Notes under the pieces: generated by a model
The model's database searches: none
What the model was told of the DNA's origin: nothing
What the model saw: only the letters and a program-made list of their open reading frames with translations
Translations under genes and position numbers: made by a program
Shown: piece by piece, positions 29,758 through 43,282 of the stretch
How positions within the stretch are numbered: the first letter of the stretch is position 1
Layout: every line of letters begins with the position of its first letter
Assembly (NCBI GenBank): GCA_963662315.1
Contig: OY759353.1
Location: 4,576,001 to 4,640,000, forward strand
Length of the DNA: 64,000 bases
From: Geopsychrobacteraceae bacterium
Lineage (GTDB): Bacteria; Desulfobacterota; Desulfuromonadia; Desulfuromonadales; Geopsychrobacteraceae
Direction: 5' to 3'

Positions 29758-32700
29758 TTGGAAGATATTTTCAGTTTGTTTGAGCGCCCGAAAGATCCGT
29801 TGAATTTCAATTCAATTCAACTTTCGCTGGCATCTCCCGAAAAGATTCGGGAGCGATCATTTGGTGAGGTTAAGAAGCCTGAAACCATTAACTACCGCAC
29901 ATTCAAGCCAGAACGTGATGGTCTGTTCTGTGCTAAGATCTTTGGGCCTACCAAAGATTACGAGTGTAATTGCGGTAAATATAAAAGAATGAAACACCGC
30001 GGCATTGTCTGTGAAAAGTGTGGTGTTGAAGTTATCCCAAGTAAGGTGCGGCGTGAGCGCCTTGGGCATATAGATCTTGCCTGCCCGGTTGCTCATATCT
30101 GGTTCTTGAAGTCGCTACCCTCACGTATCGGCGCGCTGCTTGACATGACCTTGAAGGATCTTGAAAAAGTTCTGTACTTTGAGGCTTATGTTGTCCTTGA
30201 TGGGGGGGATACGCCCCTTGAAAAGGGACAGTTGCTTCCGGAGGACAAGTACAGTGAGGCGATGGATGAATATGCCGGGCAGTTTGTTGCCGGCATGGGC
30301 GCCGAAGCGGTTCGCGAATTACTGGCTGAGATTGACCTTGAAGTTGTTGGCGAAGAACTGCGCCTCGAAATGAAAGAGGCGACCAGTGAAGCCAAAAAGA
30401 AGAAGGTCTCTAAGCGTCTTAAAGTCATTAATTCATTCCGGCAGAGTGGTAATCGTCCAGAGTGGATGATTCTTGAAACCATTCCGGTGCTGCCGCCCGA
30501 ATTGCGTCCTTTGGTTCCCCTTGATGGTGGGCGCTTTGCTACTTCGGATCTCAATGACCTGTATCGCCGTGTTATCAACCGTAACAATCGTCTTAAGCGT
30601 TTAATGGAACTGCGTGCTCCGGAAGTCATCATTCGTAATGAAAAACGGATGCTTCAGGAGGCGGTTGATGCTTTGTTTGATAATGGCCGGCGTGGTCGCG
30701 CCATCACTGGGCCAAGTAAGCGTCCACTTAAATCCCTTTCGGATATGCTTAAGGGGAAGGGCGGCCGTTTCCGTCAGAACCTGCTTGGTAAGCGTGTTGA
30801 CTACTCAGGTCGTTCGGTTATCGTCGTTGGTCCTGAGTTGAAACTGCACCAATGTGGTCTGCCTAAAAAGATGGCTCTTGAGCTGTTCAAGCCTTTCATT
30901 TATCAAAAGCTTGAAGAAAAAGGTTTCTCAACAACCGTCAAGAGCGCCAAGAAGATGGTTGAAAAAGAAAAGTCAGAGGTCTGGGACGTTCTTGAAGAGG
31001 TTATCAAAGAACATCCGGTTATGCTGAACCGTGCACCTACGTTGCACCGTCTCGGCATCCAGGCGTTCGAACCGGTATTGATTGAGGGTAAGGCCATCCA
31101 GCTGCACCCATTGGTTTGTACCGCTTTCAACGCTGACTTTGACGGTGACCAGATGGCGGTCCACCTGCCTCTTTCAATTGAGAGTCAGATCGAAGCGCGC
31201 GTCCTGATGATGTCGACCAACAATATCCTGTCTCCGGCAAGTGGTAAGCCAATCATTGTGCCATCGCAGGATATGGTTCTTGGCCTCTATTACATGACAC
31301 GTGAACGGCCTTTTGTGGTCGGTACCGGTAATATCTATGCCTCGCCTGCTGAGGTACGGATGGCTTTTGATGCCGGCGAAGCAGATCTTCAGGCGGCCGT
31401 CAAGGTGCGGATGATCCAGGTCGCTGGTGGCGAGCGTGAGATTGTCGATACTACGGTTGGACGTATTCTGCTGCGTGAAGTCGTTCCAGATACCATCCCG
31501 TTCAAACATGTCAACAAGGTCATGGGTAAAAAACAGGTCGGAGATCTGATCGATGTCAGTTTCCGCCTTGCTGGTAATAAAGAGACGGTAATTCTTGCCG
31601 ACAAGATCAAGGAAACCGGTTTCCGTTACTCCACCCTGGCTGGTGTTTCCATCTGTCTCGATCATATGGAAATACCTAAAACCAAAGAAGAACGGATCAA
31701 GGTTGCCGCTGACGAAGTTAAAGACATTCAGCAGCAGTATACCGAAGGTCTTATTACCGATGGGGAACGCTACAATAAAGTCATCGATATCTGGGCCAAG
31801 TGTACAGAGGATATTGCAACCATCATGCTCAGCAATATTGCTGTTGACAAAATGACTTCTGAGGATGGTGAAGAGGTAGAGGTTTCCTCTTTTAATGCTA
31901 TTCACATGATGGCTGACTCCGGTGCTCGGGGTAGTGCACAGCAGATTCGCCAGCTGGCCGGTATGCGGGGCTTGATGGCCAAGCCGGACGGTTCGATTAT
32001 CGAAACACCGATAACCGCCAACTTCCGTGAAGGCCTGACTGTGTTGCAGTATTTCATCTCAACCCACGGTGCGCGTAAAGGTCTTGCTGATACCGCGCTA
32101 AAAACCGCTAACTCTGGTTATTTGACGAGGCGTCTCGTCGATGTTGCACAGGACGCTATTATTACTGAGCAGGATTGTGACACCCTGGATGGCATTGAGG
32201 TATCTTCGCTGACTGAAGGTGGTGAAGTTATCGAGCGTCTTGGTGATCGTATTCTTGGTCGTGTTGCCCTTGAAGATATCTATGATCCGGTTACTGACGA
32301 TCTGCTGGTTGAGGCAAATCAGGTAATTGATGAAGACCTGGTTATTAAAATCGAAGAGGCTGGTATCGAGAAGGTTAAGATCCGTTCGGTTCTTACCTGT
32401 AAGAGTAAACGCGGTATCTGTGCACTGTGCTATGGCCGAGACCTTGCTCGTGGCCACCTTGTCAATCTCGGGGAGGCTGTAGGTGTTATTGCCGCACAGT
32501 CCATTGGCGAGCCAGGCACCCAGTTGACCATGCGTACCTTCCATATCGGTGGTACGGCATCGCGGCGCGCTGAGCAGACTGCTCTTGAGGCACGTTTTGA
32601 TGGTTCTCTGAAGTTTATTAACCTGATTACGGTTGATAATGTTGACGGTCTTCCTATCGTAATGACACGTAAAGGGGAGGTCGCGGTTGTCGATGAAACA

Positions 32701-33912
32701 GGTCGTGAGCGTGAGCGTTACGGCGTTGTTTATGGTGCCCGCTTGACTCGTCAGGAAGGGGCTCCGGTAAAAGCTGGGGATACTCTTGCCGAGTGGGATC
32801 CCTATACGGTGCCAATTATTACCGAGGTCGGTGGCGTGGTGCATTTCGGCGATATTACCGAAGGTATGACCATGGAAGAACAGGTCGATGAGGTAACCGG
32901 CCTGTCACGGAAAGTCGTTACTGAATCTAAGTCGGCTGATAAGCGTCCACGGATTACCCTTAAGGGCGAGGACGGTAAAACCGTCAAGCTGCCTAATGGG
33001 GCACCGGCACGTTATATGTTGCCGGTAGGTGCCAATATCAACGTTGAGGAGGGGGCCGAGATTTTCGCCGGTGCTATCCTGGCCAAAATCCCGCGTGAAA
33101 CCACCAAGACCAAGGATATTACCGGGGGTCTGCCGCGTGTTGCTGAATTGTTTGAGGCGCGTAAGCCGAAGGAAGTTGCTGTCATTTCCGAAATCGATGG
33201 GGTTGTTGCCTTTGGTAAGGATTCCAAGGGTAAGCGTAAAATTGTCGTAACTCCTGAGCTTGGAGATCCAGTTGAATATCTGATTCCTAAGGGCAAGCAC
33301 ATTTCCGTTCATGAAGGGGACTTCATTCATGCTGGTGAAGAACTGGTGGACGGGTCGAGCAATCCGCATGACATCCTCCGGGTATTAGGCAGTAAAGAGC
33401 TGTCCAAGTACCTTGTCGATGAAGTTCAGGAAGTTTATCGTCTGCAAGGTGTTAAGATTAACGATAAGCATATTGAGACGATTGTTCGGCAGATGCTGCG
33501 GCGTGTTCAAATTCGTGAAGTTGGCGATACAACCTTCCTGACCGATGATCAGGTTGATCGTTGGGTCTTCGAGGAAGAAAATCAGAAGGTTGTTGCCGAA
33601 GGTGGACAACCTGCCATCGGCGAACCGATTATGCTTGGTATTACGAAGGCATCGCTGTCTACCGAATCGTTTATTTCGGCTGCATCCTTCCAGGAGACAA
33701 CCAAGGTTCTTACTCAGGCTGCAATTCAGGGTAAAGTTGATTCCTTGCGCGGGCTGAAAGAAAACGTCATCATGGGGCGTTTGATTCCTGCAGGAACGGG
33801 GGTTGCCAAGTATCGTGCTGTCGAATTAAGCATACCCGAACCAGAGGTAAAGTTGGAAGAACCTCTTGAGATAGACGAGTCCGACACAGAGATGTTGGAA
33901 GAGCTTGACTGA
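29758..33912 (+). CDS. rpoC: RNA polymerase beta' subunit (TTG start)
   Basis: NADFDGDQM, Zn-finger, AGGAGG RBS. Confidence 0.99.
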   Translation: MEDIFSLFERPKDPLNFNSIQLSLASPEKIRERSFGEVKKPETINYRTFKPERDGLFCAKIFGPTKDYECNCGKYKRMKHRGIVCEKCGVEVIPSKVRRERLGHIDLACPVAHIWFLKSLPSRIGALLDMTLKDLEKVLYFEAYVVLDGGDTPLEKGQLLPEDKYSEAMDEYAGQFVAGMGAEAVRELLAEIDLEVVGEELRLEMKEATSEAKKKKVSKRLKVINSFRQSGNRPEWMILETIPVLPPELRPLVPLDGGRFATSDLNDLYRRVINRNNRLKRLMELRAPEVIIRNEKRMLQEAVDALFDNGRRGRAITGPSKRPLKSLSDMLKGKGGRFRQNLLGKRVDYSGRSVIVVGPELKLHQCGLPKKMALELFKPFIYQKLEEKGFSTTVKSAKKMVEKEKSEVWDVLEEVIKEHPVMLNRAPTLHRLGIQAFEPVLIEGKAIQLHPLVCTAFNADFDGDQMAVHLPLSIESQIEARVLMMSTNNILSPASGKPIIVPSQDMVLGLYYMTRERPFVVGTGNIYASPAEVRMAFDAGEADLQAAVKVRMIQVAGGEREIVDTTVGRILLREVVPDTIPFKHVNKVMGKKQVGDLIDVSFRLAGNKETVILADKIKETGFRYSTLAGVSICLDHMEIPKTKEERIKVAADEVKDIQQQYTEGLITDGERYNKVIDIWAKCTEDIATIMLSNIAVDKMTSEDGEEVEVSSFNAIHMMADSGARGSAQQIRQLAGMRGLMAKPDGSIIETPITANFREGLTVLQYFISTHGARKGLADTALKTANSGYLTRRLVDVAQDAIITEQDCDTLDGIEVSSLTEGGEVIERLGDRILGRVALEDIYDPVTDDLLVEANQVIDEDLVIKIEEAGIEKVKIRSVLTCKSKRGICALCYGRDLARGHLVNLGEAVGVIAAQSIGEPGTQLTMRTFHIGGTASRRAEQTALEARFDGSLKFINLITVDNVDGLPIVMTRKGEVAVVDETGRERERYGVVYGARLTRQEGAPVKAGDTLAEWDPYTVPIITEVGGVVHFGDITEGMTMEEQVDEVTGLSRKVVTESKSADKRPRITLKGEDGKTVKLPNGAPARYMLPVGANINVEEGAEIFAGAILAKIPRETTKTKDITGGLPRVAELFEARKPKEVAVISEIDGVVAFGKDSKGKRKIVVTPELGDPVEYLIPKGKHISVHEGDFIHAGEELVDGSSNPHDILRVLGSKELSKYLVDEVQEVYRLQGVKINDKHIETIVRQMLRRVQIREVGDTTFLTDDQVDRWVFEEENQKVVAEGGQPAIGEPIMLGITKASLSTESFISAASFQETTKVLTQAAIQGKVDSLRGLKENVIMGRLIPAGTGVAKYRAVELSIPEPEVKLEEPLEIDESDTEMLEELD

Positions 33913-33919
33913 CGACCTT

Positions 33920-33945
33920 GAAGGCTCCGATTTCGGAGCCTTCTT
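33920..33945 (+). terminator. Terminator after rpoC
   Basis: gaaggctccga-tt-tcggagccttc-tt. Confidence 0.7.
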
Positions 33946-33983
33946 GCTCTGTAAATACTAATTTTTTAAAAAGAAAAAATAGC

Positions 33984-34012
33984 TTGACAAAGATATTGCT
34001 GATTGATAATCT
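33984..34012 (+). promoter_or_regulatory. Sigma-70 promoter of str operon
   Basis: TTGACA-17-TAATCT with an A/T-rich UP element. Confidence 0.6.
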
Positions 34013-34084
34013 CTGCGGGTTTTTCCCCGCAGAAAGGCTGCTTTAGGGCAGATTGAACATTGATAAAGATTTGGGAGAATCTAG

Positions 34085-34456
34085 ATGCCAACGATTAACC
34101 AACTTATTCGCAACGGGCGTAAAAAGAAGGTCGTTAAGTCGACCGCGCCTGCGCTGAAATCATGTCCGCAAAGACGCGGGGTTTGTACTCGTGTTTATAC
34201 AACGACTCCAAAGAAGCCAAACTCGGCGTTGCGTAAGGTAGCCCGGGTTCGTCTGACTAATGGGATTGTTGTTACTTCATACATTCCGGGTGTCGGCCAT
34301 AACCTTCAGGAGCACAGTGTTGTTCTGATTCGTGGCGGCCGGGTTAAGGACTTGCCGGGTGTTCGTTATCACATTGTGCGTGGATCGCTTGATCTTGCTG
34401 GGGTTAAAGATCGTAAGCAGGGTCGTTCGAAGTACGGCGCGAAGCGCCCTAAGTAA
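34085..34456 (+). CDS. rpsL: 30S ribosomal protein S12
   Basis: [23 protein letters not shown]. Confidence 0.99.
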   Translation: MPTINQLIRNGRKKKVVKSTAPALKSCPQRRGVCTRVYTTTPKKPNSALRKVARVRLTNGIVVTSYIPGVGHNLQEHSVVLIRGGRVKDLPGVRYHIVRGSLDLAGVKDRKQGRSKYGAKRPK

Positions 34457-34480
34457 TTTAAGTCTTAAGAAGAGGACGTT

Positions 34481-34951
34481 ATGCCCAGAAGAAGAGAAGT
34501 GCCTAAGCGGGTCATTCTGCCTGATCCTAAGTTCGGTGACCAGCTGGTCGCGAAATTTGTCAATATCGTTATGGTCGACGGCAAGAAAAGTACCGCCGAA
34601 CAAATTGTTTACGGTGCCTTTGATATCGTTGCAGAGCGTACTGGTAATCAGCCGCTCGAAGTGTTTAAGACTGCGATGGAGAATGTGCGCCCGGTTCTGG
34701 AAGTTAAGTCCCGCCGTGTAGGTGGGTCTACTTATCAGGTTCCTGTTGAGGTATCTCCGTCTCGTCGTACTGCCCTGGCCATGCGTTGGCTTGCTACCTA
34801 TGCCAATGGGCGTAGTGAGAAAACGATGCGTGAGCGTCTGGCTGGCGAGTTCCTCGATGCTTTTAATAACCGTGGTGCGGCTGTTAAGAAGCGTGAAGAT
34901 ACTCATCGTATGGCAGAAGCTAATAAGGCTTTCGCTCACTACCGCTGGTAA
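34481..34951 (+). CDS. rpsG: 30S ribosomal protein S7
   Basis: [24 protein letters not shown]. Confidence 0.99.
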   Translation: MPRRREVPKRVILPDPKFGDQLVAKFVNIVMVDGKKSTAEQIVYGAFDIVAERTGNQPLEVFKTAMENVRPVLEVKSRRVGGSTYQVPVEVSPSRRTALAMRWLATYANGRSEKTMRERLAGEFLDAFNNRGAAVKKREDTHRMAEANKAFAHYRW

Positions 34952-34974
34952 TTTGTAAAACAGGAGAAAAAAAC

Positions 34975-37053
34975 GTGGCTCGCAAGGTTGCACTGGAAAA
35001 AACGCGTAATATTGGCATCATGGCTCACATTGATGCTGGCAAGACGACGACGACAGAGCGTATTCTGTATTATACCGGCGTTTCGCATAAGATTGGTGAA
35101 GTCCATGATGGTGCTGCAACGATGGACTGGATGGCTCAGGAGCAGGAGCGTGGTATCACGATTACTTCTGCTGCGACTACCTGTTTCTGGCAGGATCATC
35201 GGGTCAATATTATTGATACCCCGGGTCACGTTGACTTTACAATTGAGGTAGAGCGTTCGTTGAAGGTTCTTGATGGTGCTGTCGCAGTTTTCTGTTCTGT
35301 TGGTGGTGTCGAGCCTCAGTCTGAAACTGTTTGGCGTCAAGCTGATAAGTATGGTGTTCCTCGTATCGCTTTTGTTAACAAGATGGACCGTATTGGCGCT
35401 AATTTTCAGCGCGGCGTCGATATGATTCGTGAGCGACTAGGGGCTAATCCGCTTCCGATTCAGCTGCCTATCGGCGCTGAGGAAAATTATCGTGGTCTGG
35501 TTGATCTCGTCACTATGCAAGCAATTGTCTGGGATGATGAGTCAATGGGTGCAAAGTTTGAGATCATCGATATTCCTGCAGATATGGTTGATGATGTTGA
35601 GGCTGCTCGCGAGGCGCTGCTCGAAGAGATTTCCGCCAACGATGAAGAGTTGATGGAAAAATATCTGAATGGCGAAGAGCTCACGGTTGCTGAGATTAAG
35701 GCTGCGATCCGCAAAGGAACGCGTCAAATCGATTTCTGTCCGGTCTTGTGTGGTAGCGCTTTTAAAAATAAGGGTGTTCAGGCGCTGCTTGATGCCGTTG
35801 TTGATTATATGCCTTCACCAGTAGATGTTCCGCCAATTAAGGGTATTGATCCTGATACTGAGCAGGAAATTGAACGTCCGGCCGATGATAACGGGCCGTT
35901 TGCAGCGTTGGCATTCAAGATTATGACCGACCCATTTGTTGGTTCCTTGACCTTTTTCCGGGTTTATTCTGGTGTTGCTGAGTCTGGAACTACCGTTCTG
36001 AACTCGACTAAGGGTAAGAGGGAGCGTTTTGGCCGTCTGCTGAAGATGCACGCGAACAAGCGCGAAGAAATTAAAGAAGTGTACGCTGGTGATATTGCTG
36101 CCGCTGTTGGTCTTAAATATACGACTACCGGTGATACTCTTTGCGATGAAAATAAACCATCCCTGCTTGAGTCGATGGAGTTTCCTGAGCCGGTTATCCA
36201 CCTTTCGGTTGAGCCTAAAACTAAGACTGATCAGGAAAAGATGGGTGTTGCTCTGGGTAAATTGCTGTCTGAAGACCCTTCGTTGCGGGTTCGCACTGAT
36301 GAGGAGACCGGCCAGACTATCCTTTCCGGGATGGGTGAGCTGCACTTGGATATTATCGTTGACCGTATGAAGCGCGAGTTCAAGGTTGAGTGTAATGTTG
36401 GTGCGCCTCAGGTCGCTTATCGTGAATCCATTACCAAGACCGTTGAAGTTCAAGGTAAGTTTGTGCGTCAGTCTGGTGGTCGTGGTCAGTATGGTGACTG
36501 TTGGTTGCGTATCGAGCCAGGTCAGCCAGGTGATGGTTTCACCTTTGTTGATGAGATCAAGGGTGGTGTTATCCCCCGCGAATATATTCCTGCGGTTGGT
36601 AAGGGTGCAGAAGAAGCTGCTGAGAATGGTGTTCTTGCTGGCTTCCCGATTGTTGATGTTAAGGTTTCCGTTTTTGACGGTTCCTACCACGATGTTGACT
36701 CTTCGGAGATGGCCTTTAAGATCGCTGGTTCCATGGGTTTTAAAGAAGGTGCGCGTAAGGCAGATCCGGTTCTTCTTGAGCCTGTTATGGCAGTAGAAGT
36801 TGTCGTGCCCGAAGAGTATATGGGCGATGTTATTGGTGATCTTAATAGTCGTCGTGGCCGTATCATGGGTATGGACAGCCGTGGGGGCGCTCAGGTCATT
36901 AATGCACACGTTCCGCTCTCCAGCATGTTTGGTTACGCAACCGACCTGAGAAGTTCTACTCAGGGACGTGCGACATACTCAATGGTGTTTGATCATTACG
37001 AGCAGGTTCCAAAGGCTCTAAGTGAAGAAATTATTGCCAAGGTCAATGGTTAG
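34975..37053 (+). CDS. fusA: Elongation factor G
   Basis: [37 protein letters not shown]. Confidence 0.99.
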   Translation: MARKVALEKTRNIGIMAHIDAGKTTTTERILYYTGVSHKIGEVHDGAATMDWMAQEQERGITITSAATTCFWQDHRVNIIDTPGHVDFTIEVERSLKVLDGAVAVFCSVGGVEPQSETVWRQADKYGVPRIAFVNKMDRIGANFQRGVDMIRERLGANPLPIQLPIGAEENYRGLVDLVTMQAIVWDDESMGAKFEIIDIPADMVDDVEAAREALLEEISANDEELMEKYLNGEELTVAEIKAAIRKGTRQIDFCPVLCGSAFKNKGVQALLDAVVDYMPSPVDVPPIKGIDPDTEQEIERPADDNGPFAALAFKIMTDPFVGSLTFFRVYSGVAESGTTVLNSTKGKRERFGRLLKMHANKREEIKEVYAGDIAAAVGLKYTTTGDTLCDENKPSLLESMEFPEPVIHLSVEPKTKTDQEKMGVALGKLLSEDPSLRVRTDEETGQTILSGMGELHLDIIVDRMKREFKVECNVGAPQVAYRESITKTVEVQGKFVRQSGGRGQYGDCWLRIEPGQPGDGFTFVDEIKGGVIPREYIPAVGKGAEEAAENGVLAGFPIVDVKVSVFDGSYHDVDSSEMAFKIAGSMGFKEGARKADPVLLEPVMAVEVVVPEEYMGDVIGDLNSRRGRIMGMDSRGGAQVINAHVPLSSMFGYATDLRSSTQGRATYSMVFDHYEQVPKALSEEIIAKVNG

Positions 37054-37076
37054 GACCGAGGAGAGGAGATAAAGTT

Positions 37077-38270
37077 ATGTCCAAGGAAAAATTTGAGAGG
37101 ACAAAACCGCACGTCAATATCGGGACCATTGGTCACGTTGACCACGGTAAAACCACACTGACTGCAGCAATCACCAAAGTTCTTGCCGAGAAGATGGGCA
37201 AGGGTGAATTTAAAGCTTTTGACCAGATCGATAATGCTCCGGAAGAGCGTGAGCGTGGTATTACCATCGCAACCGCCCACGTTGAGTATGAGACCGATGC
37301 TCGTCACTATGCTCACGTTGACTGCCCGGGCCACGCCGATTATGTTAAAAACATGATCACCGGTGCTGCCCAGATGGACGGTGCTATTCTTGTTGTTTCT
37401 GCTGCTGATGGCCCAATGCCACAGACTCGTGAGCACATCCTGCTCGCTCGTCAGGTTGGTGTTCCTGCCATGGTTGTTTTTCTGAATAAAGCCGACATGG
37501 TTGATGACGAAGAACTGCTTGAGCTGGTTGATATGGAAATTCGTGAGCTGCTGTCCAGCTACGACTTCCCTGGTGATGATATTCCAATTGTTGCCGGTTC
37601 TGCCCTTGCTGCTCTCGAAGGCCGTGACGACGAAATCGGTAAGAACAAGGTTATCGAGTTGATGGATGCTGTTGATAGCTACATCCCTGAGCCAGAGCGT
37701 GCTATTGACAAGCCGTTCTTGATGCCTGTTGAAGATGTCTTCTCCATCTCCGGTCGTGGTACTGTTGCTACCGGTCGTGTTGAGAGTGGTATCGTTAAGG
37801 TTCAAGAGGAAGTTGAAATCGTCGGTATGAAAGCAACAACCAAAACTGTTGTTACCGGTGTTGAAATGTTCCGTAAGTTGCTGGATCAAGGTCAGGCAGG
37901 TGATAACGTTGGTATTCTGCTGCGCGGTGTCAAGCGTGAGGATATTGAGCGTGGTCAAGTTCTGTGTAAGCCGGGTTCCATCAAGCCGCACACCAAATTT
38001 AAGGCTGAGGCCTATATCCTGACCAAGGAAGAGGGTGGTCGTCATACCCCATTCTTCAAAGGATACCGTCCTCAGTTCTACTTCCGTACCACTGACGTGA
38101 CCGGCATTGTCGAGCTTCCGGAAGGAACCGAAATGGTAATGCCTGGCGATAATATTGCGATGACAGTTGATCTGATCACTCCGATCGCAATGGATAAAGA
38201 ACTGCGCTTTGCTATCCGCGAAGGTGGCCGTACTGTCGGCGCCGGCGTTGTTAGTGAAGTTATTGCATAA
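37077..38270 (+). CDS. tuf: Elongation factor Tu (copy 2, identical protein)
   Basis: Same translation as 20757..21950. Confidence 0.99.
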   Translation: MSKEKFERTKPHVNIGTIGHVDHGKTTLTAAITKVLAEKMGKGEFKAFDQIDNAPEERERGITIATAHVEYETDARHYAHVDCPGHADYVKNMITGAAQMDGAILVVSAADGPMPQTREHILLARQVGVPAMVVFLNKADMVDDEELLELVDMEIRELLSSYDFPGDDIPIVAGSALAALEGRDDEIGKNKVIELMDAVDSYIPEPERAIDKPFLMPVEDVFSISGRGTVATGRVESGIVKVQEEVEIVGMKATTKTVVTGVEMFRKLLDQGQAGDNVGILLRGVKREDIERGQVLCKPGSIKPHTKFKAEAYILTKEEGGRHTPFFKGYRPQFYFRTTDVTGIVELPEGTEMVMPGDNIAMTVDLITPIAMDKELRFAIREGGRTVGAGVVSEVIA

Positions 38271-38282
38271 TACGAGGTTAAC

Positions 38283-38591
38283 ATGTCTACACAGAAAATC
38301 AGAATTAGACTTAAAGCTTACGATCACAGTCTGCTTGACCAGGCCGTAGCTGAAATTGTTGATACAACCAAGCGTACCGGGTCTCGCCTGGTTGGACCGA
38401 TTCCGCTGCCGACTGTTATCAATAAATACTGCGTTTTGCGTGGTCCGCACGTTGATAAGAAGAGTCGTGAGCAATTCGAGATTCGCACCCATAAGCGTCT
38501 TCTTGACATTATGGAGCCCACGCAGCAGACCGTTGATGCTTTGATGAAGCTGGATCTGTCTGCTGGTGTAGATGTGGAAATCAAACTTTAA
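38283..38591 (+). CDS. rpsJ: 30S ribosomal protein S10
   Basis: [29 protein letters not shown]. Confidence 0.99.
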   Translation: MSTQKIRIRLKAYDHSLLDQAVAEIVDTTKRTGSRLVGPIPLPTVINKYCVLRGPHVDKKSREQFEIRTHKRLLDIMEPTQQTVDALMKLDLSAGVDVEIKL

Positions 38592-38624
38592 TTAATGGTG
38601 TGATTGAAATATAAGGGCACGACT

Positions 38625-39248
38625 ATGACCAACGGATTGTTAGGAAAAAAAATCGGCATGACGCAGGTGTATGCGGCTGATGGCCAGCGTATCCCTGTTA
38701 CTGTTCTTGAGGCTGGACCATGTACAGTGCTTCAGGCTAAGGATGTTGCTAAAGACGGCTACGTGGCCGTTCAGCTCGGTTTTGAAGCCAAGGCTTCACA
38801 CCGCGTTAACAAGCCTGAACTCGGGCATTTCAAAAAAGCTGGTAAGGGCGCATTTGCGTACGTACGCGAATTTTCTCTTGATGGAGAATGCGCAGCAGGT
38901 GATGTCGTTTCATGCGATATGTTTAAGCCTGGCGATCGTATTGATGTCGTAGGTACCAGTAAGGGTAAGGGTTTCCAAGGTGTTATGAAGCGCTGGAACT
39001 TTGCCGGTGGACGCGCTACCCATGGTTCGATGTTTAAGCGTCGTCCTGGTGGTATCAGCGCCTCTGCATGGCCATCCCGCGTCTTCAAGGGTAAAAAGAT
39101 GCCTGGTCAGATGGGTAATGCACGGGTGACTACCCAAAACCTGATCATTGTGGATGTTCGTCCTGAGCAGAACCTGATCATGGTTCGCGGTGCTGTTCCT
39201 GGCCCCAAAAATGGACTTGTGGAGATCCGCAAGGGAATTAAGTTTTAA
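38625..39248 (+). CDS. rplC: 50S ribosomal protein L3
   Basis: GKKIGMTQ, SKGKGFQGVMKRW; ATG 38625 preferred over the track start. Confidence 0.98.
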   Translation: MTNGLLGKKIGMTQVYAADGQRIPVTVLEAGPCTVLQAKDVAKDGYVAVQLGFEAKASHRVNKPELGHFKKAGKGAFAYVREFSLDGECAAGDVVSCDMFKPGDRIDVVGTSKGKGFQGVMKRWNFAGGRATHGSMFKRRPGGISASAWPSRVFKGKKMPGQMGNARVTTQNLIIVDVRPEQNLIMVRGAVPGPKNGLVEIRKGIKF

Positions 39249-39271
39249 TTGCTGCGGCACAGGAGTGAATA

Positions 39272-39895
39272 ATGGCAACTGTAACAATATATGATCAGGA
39301 TAAAAAATCGGTTGGTGAGCGTGAGCTTGCTGAGCAGGTTTTTAATGCTGAAGTAAAAGAATATCTCCTTCACGACATGGTTCGCTATCAGCTTGCAGCT
39401 CGTCGTCAAGGTACTGCTGCTGTCAAGAATCGGGCAGCCGTTGCGGGCGGGGGTAAGAAACCTTACAAGCAAAAAGGTACTGGTAATGCCCGTCAGGGTA
39501 CGATCCGTGCTCCGCACTTTGTCGGTGGTGGCGTCGTGTTTGGTCCTCAGCCTCGTTCTTACGCATTCAAGTTGAATCGCAAGGTTAAGAAGGCTGCCCT
39601 GTGTTCTGCACTGTCGGTGCGTTATCAGGCTGAGAAGCTCGTAGTGATGAAAGATATCGCTATGGATCAGATCAGCACCAAAGGGTTTGCTGAATTGCTG
39701 AAACGCTTCGACGTTGAGGGTGCTCTGGTTGTGATCGATCAGGCTGATCCGAAGGTTGAGCTTTCTGCTCGTAATCTGAAGAATGTCAAGGTTCTGCGTG
39801 CCGATGGTGTCAATGTTTACGACATCCTGAAGTACCCCAACCTGATTCTTACTGATGCAGCTGTGACCGAAATTGAAGGAGCATTGGAAAAATGA
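39272..39895 (+). CDS. rplD: 50S ribosomal protein L4
   Basis: [18 protein letters not shown]. Confidence 0.99.
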   Translation: MATVTIYDQDKKSVGERELAEQVFNAEVKEYLLHDMVRYQLAARRQGTAAVKNRAAVAGGGKKPYKQKGTGNARQGTIRAPHFVGGGVVFGPQPRSYAFKLNRKVKKAALCSALSVRYQAEKLVVMKDIAMDQISTKGFAELLKRFDVEGALVVIDQADPKVELSARNLKNVKVLRADGVNVYDILKYPNLILTDAAVTEIEGALEK

Positions 39896-40179
39896 GACCA
39901 TTGCATGAAATTATTCGCAAGCCTTTGATTACCGAGAAGGCTAACGATCTTAAGGACCAGGCTCAGGTTGTCGCATTTGAAGTTGCTCGCTCTGCAAATA
40001 AGATAGAAATTAAGCAGGCAGTTGAAAAAGCATTTGACGTAAAGGTCAAATCTGTTAATACTATGCAGTTTCGTGGCAAGGTCAAGCGTGTTGGCCATAA
40101 CCTTGGGCAGCGTGGTAACTGGAAAAAGGCCTATGTGACTCTTGAAGAGGGTCAAAATATAGATTTTTATGGCGTTTAA
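39892..40179 (+). CDS. rplW: 50S ribosomal protein L23
   Basis: [26 protein letters not shown]. Confidence 0.99.
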   Translation: MRPLHEIIRKPLITEKANDLKDQAQVVAFEVARSANKIEIKQAVEKAFDVKVKSVNTMQFRGKVKRVGHNLGQRGNWKKAYVTLEEGQNIDFYGV

Positions 40180-40212
40180 GGCCGTGATTTTGGCAGGTAT
40201 GGAGAAATTGTC

Positions 40213-41040
40213 ATGGGTATAAAAAAATTCAATCCAACCTCGGACGGTCGTCGTCATATGACTTCCTCGACTTTCGAGGAAGTAACAAAGAGCCGTCCGG
40301 AGAGATCGCTGACCGAACCATTGAAACGGGCCGGCGGTCGTAATAACTCTGGTCGCATTACCAAGCGCCACACCGGTGGTGGACACAAGCGTCTCTATCG
40401 CGTGGTAGATTTTCGTCGTGATAAGCTTGAGGTTCCAGCCAAGGTTGCAGCGATTGAGTACGATCCGAATCGTAGCTCCCGTATTGCATTGCTTTTTTAT
40501 GCTGACGGTGAAAAACGCTACATCCTCGCACCGAACGGTTTGAGCGTGGGTGATAGTGTCGTTGCCAGTGACAATGCAGATATTCGTCCTGGTAATGCTT
40601 TGACTATCCGTGCGATCCCGTTAGGTACCTGGGTTCATAACGTTGAGCTTAAAGTTGGTAAGGGTGGTCAGTTTGCTCGTAGCGCTGGTGCCTATGCGAT
40701 GATCGCTGCTAAAGATGGTCGTTACGCTCAATTGCGTTTACCTTCTGGTGAGGTTCGCCTGGTGCTTCAGGATTGTCGCGCCACTGTTGGTCAGGTTGGA
40801 AACCTTGATTTTGAAAAAATCAAAATCGGTAAGGCCGGACGTAACAGATGGCTCGGTAAGCGTCCGCAGTCTCGCGGTGTCGCTATGAACCCTGTTGATC
40901 ACCCACATGGTGGTGGTGAGGGTAAGAGTTCTGGTGGTCGTCACCCGGTAACCCCTTGGGGTGTGCCAACTAAAGGGTATAAGACCAGAACTAACAAGCG
41001 CACTGATAAATTTATCGTACGTCGTAGAAATAGTAAGTAA
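40213..41040 (+). CDS. rplB: 50S ribosomal protein L2
   Basis: [24 protein letters not shown]. Confidence 0.99.
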   Translation: MGIKKFNPTSDGRRHMTSSTFEEVTKSRPERSLTEPLKRAGGRNNSGRITKRHTGGGHKRLYRVVDFRRDKLEVPAKVAAIEYDPNRSSRIALLFYADGEKRYILAPNGLSVGDSVVASDNADIRPGNALTIRAIPLGTWVHNVELKVGKGGQFARSAGAYAMIAAKDGRYAQLRLPSGEVRLVLQDCRATVGQVGNLDFEKIKIGKAGRNRWLGKRPQSRGVAMNPVDHPHGGGEGKSSGGRHPVTPWGVPTKGYKTRTNKRTDKFIVRRRNSK

Positions 41041-41062
41041 TTCAAGCCTTTAGGAGAAGATC

Positions 41063-41341
41063 GTGGCAAGATCAATTAAAAAAGGGCCTTACGTCCAGGA
41101 CAGCCTGCTACGCAAAGTAGATCTTGAAGGTGAGGCTAACCGTAATAAGGTAATCAAGACTTGGTCGCGTAGATCAACCATCATCCCGGAATTTGTCGGG
41201 ATGACTTTTGCCGTCCATAACGGTAAAAAATTCGTTCCTGTTTTCGTTAGCGAAAACATGGTAGGCCATAAGCTCGGTGAGTTCGCTCCAACGCGTACAT
41301 TCTTTGGGCATGGTGCTGATAAGAAAAGTAAGGTCAGATAG
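41063..41341 (+). CDS. rpsS: 30S ribosomal protein S19
   Basis: [20 protein letters not shown]. Confidence 0.99.
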   Translation: MARSIKKGPYVQDSLLRKVDLEGEANRNKVIKTWSRRSTIIPEFVGMTFAVHNGKKFVPVFVSENMVGHKLGEFAPTRTFFGHGADKKSKVR

Positions 41342-41370
41342 ATTACCGCGTTTCACAGGAGTTCCGAATA

Positions 41371-41703
41371 ATGGAAGCACAAGCAAAATTAAGGAACGTT
41401 CGTCTTTCGCCGCGCAAGGCGAGACTCGTTGTCGATATGGTCCGCGGTAAGGGGATTCAGGATGCGCTGAATATCCTTCAGTTCTCCCCCCAGAAAACTG
41501 CGCCTGTACTGTCTAAACTATTGAAATCTGCTGTTGCCAACGCTGAACAAAAGGGCGTTTCTGACGTTGATCAGTTGTACGTAAAAACCGTAATGGTTGA
41601 TCAGGGTCCAGTACTTCGTCGTTTTATGCCTCGTGCACAGGGGCGTGCCAGTCGGATTCGTAAACCAACCAGCCACATTACTGTGGTTTTGGATGTTAAG
41701 TAA
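41371..41703 (+). CDS. rplV: 50S ribosomal protein L22
   Basis: [21 protein letters not shown]. Confidence 0.99.
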   Translation: MEAQAKLRNVRLSPRKARLVVDMVRGKGIQDALNILQFSPQKTAPVLSKLLKSAVANAEQKGVSDVDQLYVKTVMVDQGPVLRRFMPRAQGRASRIRKPTSHITVVLDVK

Positions 41704-41720
41704 ATCGAGGAGGTATCCCT

Positions 41721-42371
41721 TTGGGCCAGAAAGTTCATCCGATAGGATTTCGTCTAGGTGTTAACCGGACATGGGAATCCCGCTGGTATGCAGATTCTGA
41801 TTATTCAGAGAAATTGCATGCAGATCTTAAACTGCGTAATTTTTTGAAAAAACGCCTTTATCATGCGGGTATTTCAAAAATCGAGCTCGAGCGCGCAGCA
41901 AATAAAGTTAAGATCAATATTTTTGCCGCCAGACCGGGTATCATCATTGGTAAAAAAGGGTCTGAGGTCGAAGTATTGAAAAACGATCTGGCCAAGATTA
42001 CCGACGATGAATGTTTCATTAATATTCAAGAGGTCCGTAAGCCTGAGGTTGATGCTCAGCTTGTTGCCGAAAACGTTGCACTGCAGCTGGAGCGTCGTGT
42101 TGCGTTCCGTCGTGCTATGAAGCGCAGTGTTAGTATGGCGCTGAAGTTCGGTGCTAAAGGTATCAAGATTACCTGTGCTGGGCGCCTTGGTGGTGCTGAA
42201 ATGAGTCGTACCGAGTGGTATCGTGAGGGTCGTGTGCCTTTGCATACTTTGCGTGCGGATATCGATTATGGTTTCGCCGAAGCGCTTACGACTTATGGAA
42301 TTATCGGCGTCAAGGTCCTCATCTTTAAAGGTGAGGTGCTTGGAAAAGAACAGGAACAGCCGGTAGGCTGA
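41721..42371 (+). CDS. rpsC: 30S ribosomal protein S3
   Basis: [26 protein letters not shown]. Confidence 0.99.
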   Translation: MGQKVHPIGFRLGVNRTWESRWYADSDYSEKLHADLKLRNFLKKRLYHAGISKIELERAANKVKINIFAARPGIIIGKKGSEVEVLKNDLAKITDDECFINIQEVRKPEVDAQLVAENVALQLERRVAFRRAMKRSVSMALKFGAKGIKITCAGRLGGAEMSRTEWYREGRVPLHTLRADIDYGFAEALTTYGIIGVKVLIFKGEVLGKEQEQPVG

Positions 42372-42387
42372 TCAGGAGTAATTTGCC

Positions 42388-42810
42388 ATGTTAATGCCAA
42401 AAAGAGTAAAACATAGGAAGCAGTTTACCGGACGTATGACCGGCCAGGCCTCCCGTGGTGCTGAAGTTGCCTTCGGTGATTACGGTTTGCAGGCTCTTGA
42501 GTGTGGCTGGCTTTCCTCACGTCAGATCGAAGCTGCACGCCGGGCAATGACACGTTATATCAAACGTGGTGGAAAGATCTGGATTCGTTCATTTCCGCAC
42601 AAGCCTCTCACTAGCAAGCCTGCTGAGACCCGGATGGGTAAAGGTAAGGGGTCTCCAGAAAAATGGGTTGCTGTTGTTAAGCCTGGTCATATCCTCTATG
42701 AAATGCAGGGCGTGTCTGAAGAGGTAGCACGCGAAGCGTTCCGCCTTGGTGCTCATAAGCTGCCGATGCGGACTAAGTTTGTAAAGAGAGAGGTTGGCGA
42801 TGAAGGCTAG
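42388..42810 (+). CDS. rplP: 50S ribosomal protein L16
   Basis: [16 protein letters not shown]. Confidence 0.99.
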   Translation: MLMPKRVKHRKQFTGRMTGQASRGAEVAFGDYGLQALECGWLSSRQIEAARRAMTRYIKRGGKIWIRSFPHKPLTSKPAETRMGKGKGSPEKWVAVVKPGHILYEMQGVSEEVAREAFRLGAHKLPMRTKFVKREVGDEG

Positions 42811-42991
42811 TGAAATTAAAGATCTCACGGTTGATGAGTTGAATGCGAAGGTAGCTGAGCTTCAGCAGGAAATGTTTAATCTGAAGTTTCAGATGCATAC
42901 CGGTCACCTGGAAAATACAGCGAGAATTTCACAACTGCGTAAAGATGTTGCGCGTGTGAAGACCGTTCTTTCCAGTAAACAAAGTGCCTAG
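42800..42991 (+). CDS. rpmC: 50S ribosomal protein L29
   Basis: MKASEIKDL..., [12 protein letters not shown] at 42800. Confidence 0.97.
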   Translation: MKASEIKDLTVDELNAKVAELQQEMFNLKFQMHTGHLENTARISQLRKDVARVKTVLSSKQSA

Positions 42992-43004
42992 TGGGTGAGG
43001 AAAA

Positions 43005-43271
43005 ATGAGTCAGGAACGAGGTAATAGAAGAACCCGGATCGGCTTAGTTGTCAGTGACAAGATGGATAAAACTGTTGTTGTCAGGGTCGATGAGCTGGTT
43101 AAGCACAGTATTTATAAAAAATTCATCAAGCGTAAGGTCACCTGCAAGGCTCATGATGAAGAGAACAGTTGCGGGATTGGTGATAAAGTCCTTATTGTCG
43201 AAACCAGACCCTTGTCTAAGGATAAGCGGTGGCGTGTGCGCCAGATTCTGGAGAAGGCCGTTACTGCTTAG
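43005..43271 (+). CDS. rpsQ: 30S ribosomal protein S17
   Basis: [20 protein letters not shown]. Confidence 0.99.
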   Translation: MSQERGNRRTRIGLVVSDKMDKTVVVRVDELVKHSIYKKFIKRKVTCKAHDEENSCGIGDKVLIVETRPLSKDKRWRVRQILEKAVTA

Positions 43272-43282
43272 GAGTGTAAGTC

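Noticed and set aside
20694..38492. Long antisense ORFs over tuf, rpoBC and fusA (e.g. 343, 364, 480 aa)
   Set aside because: Shadow frames caused by codon bias of highly expressed genes
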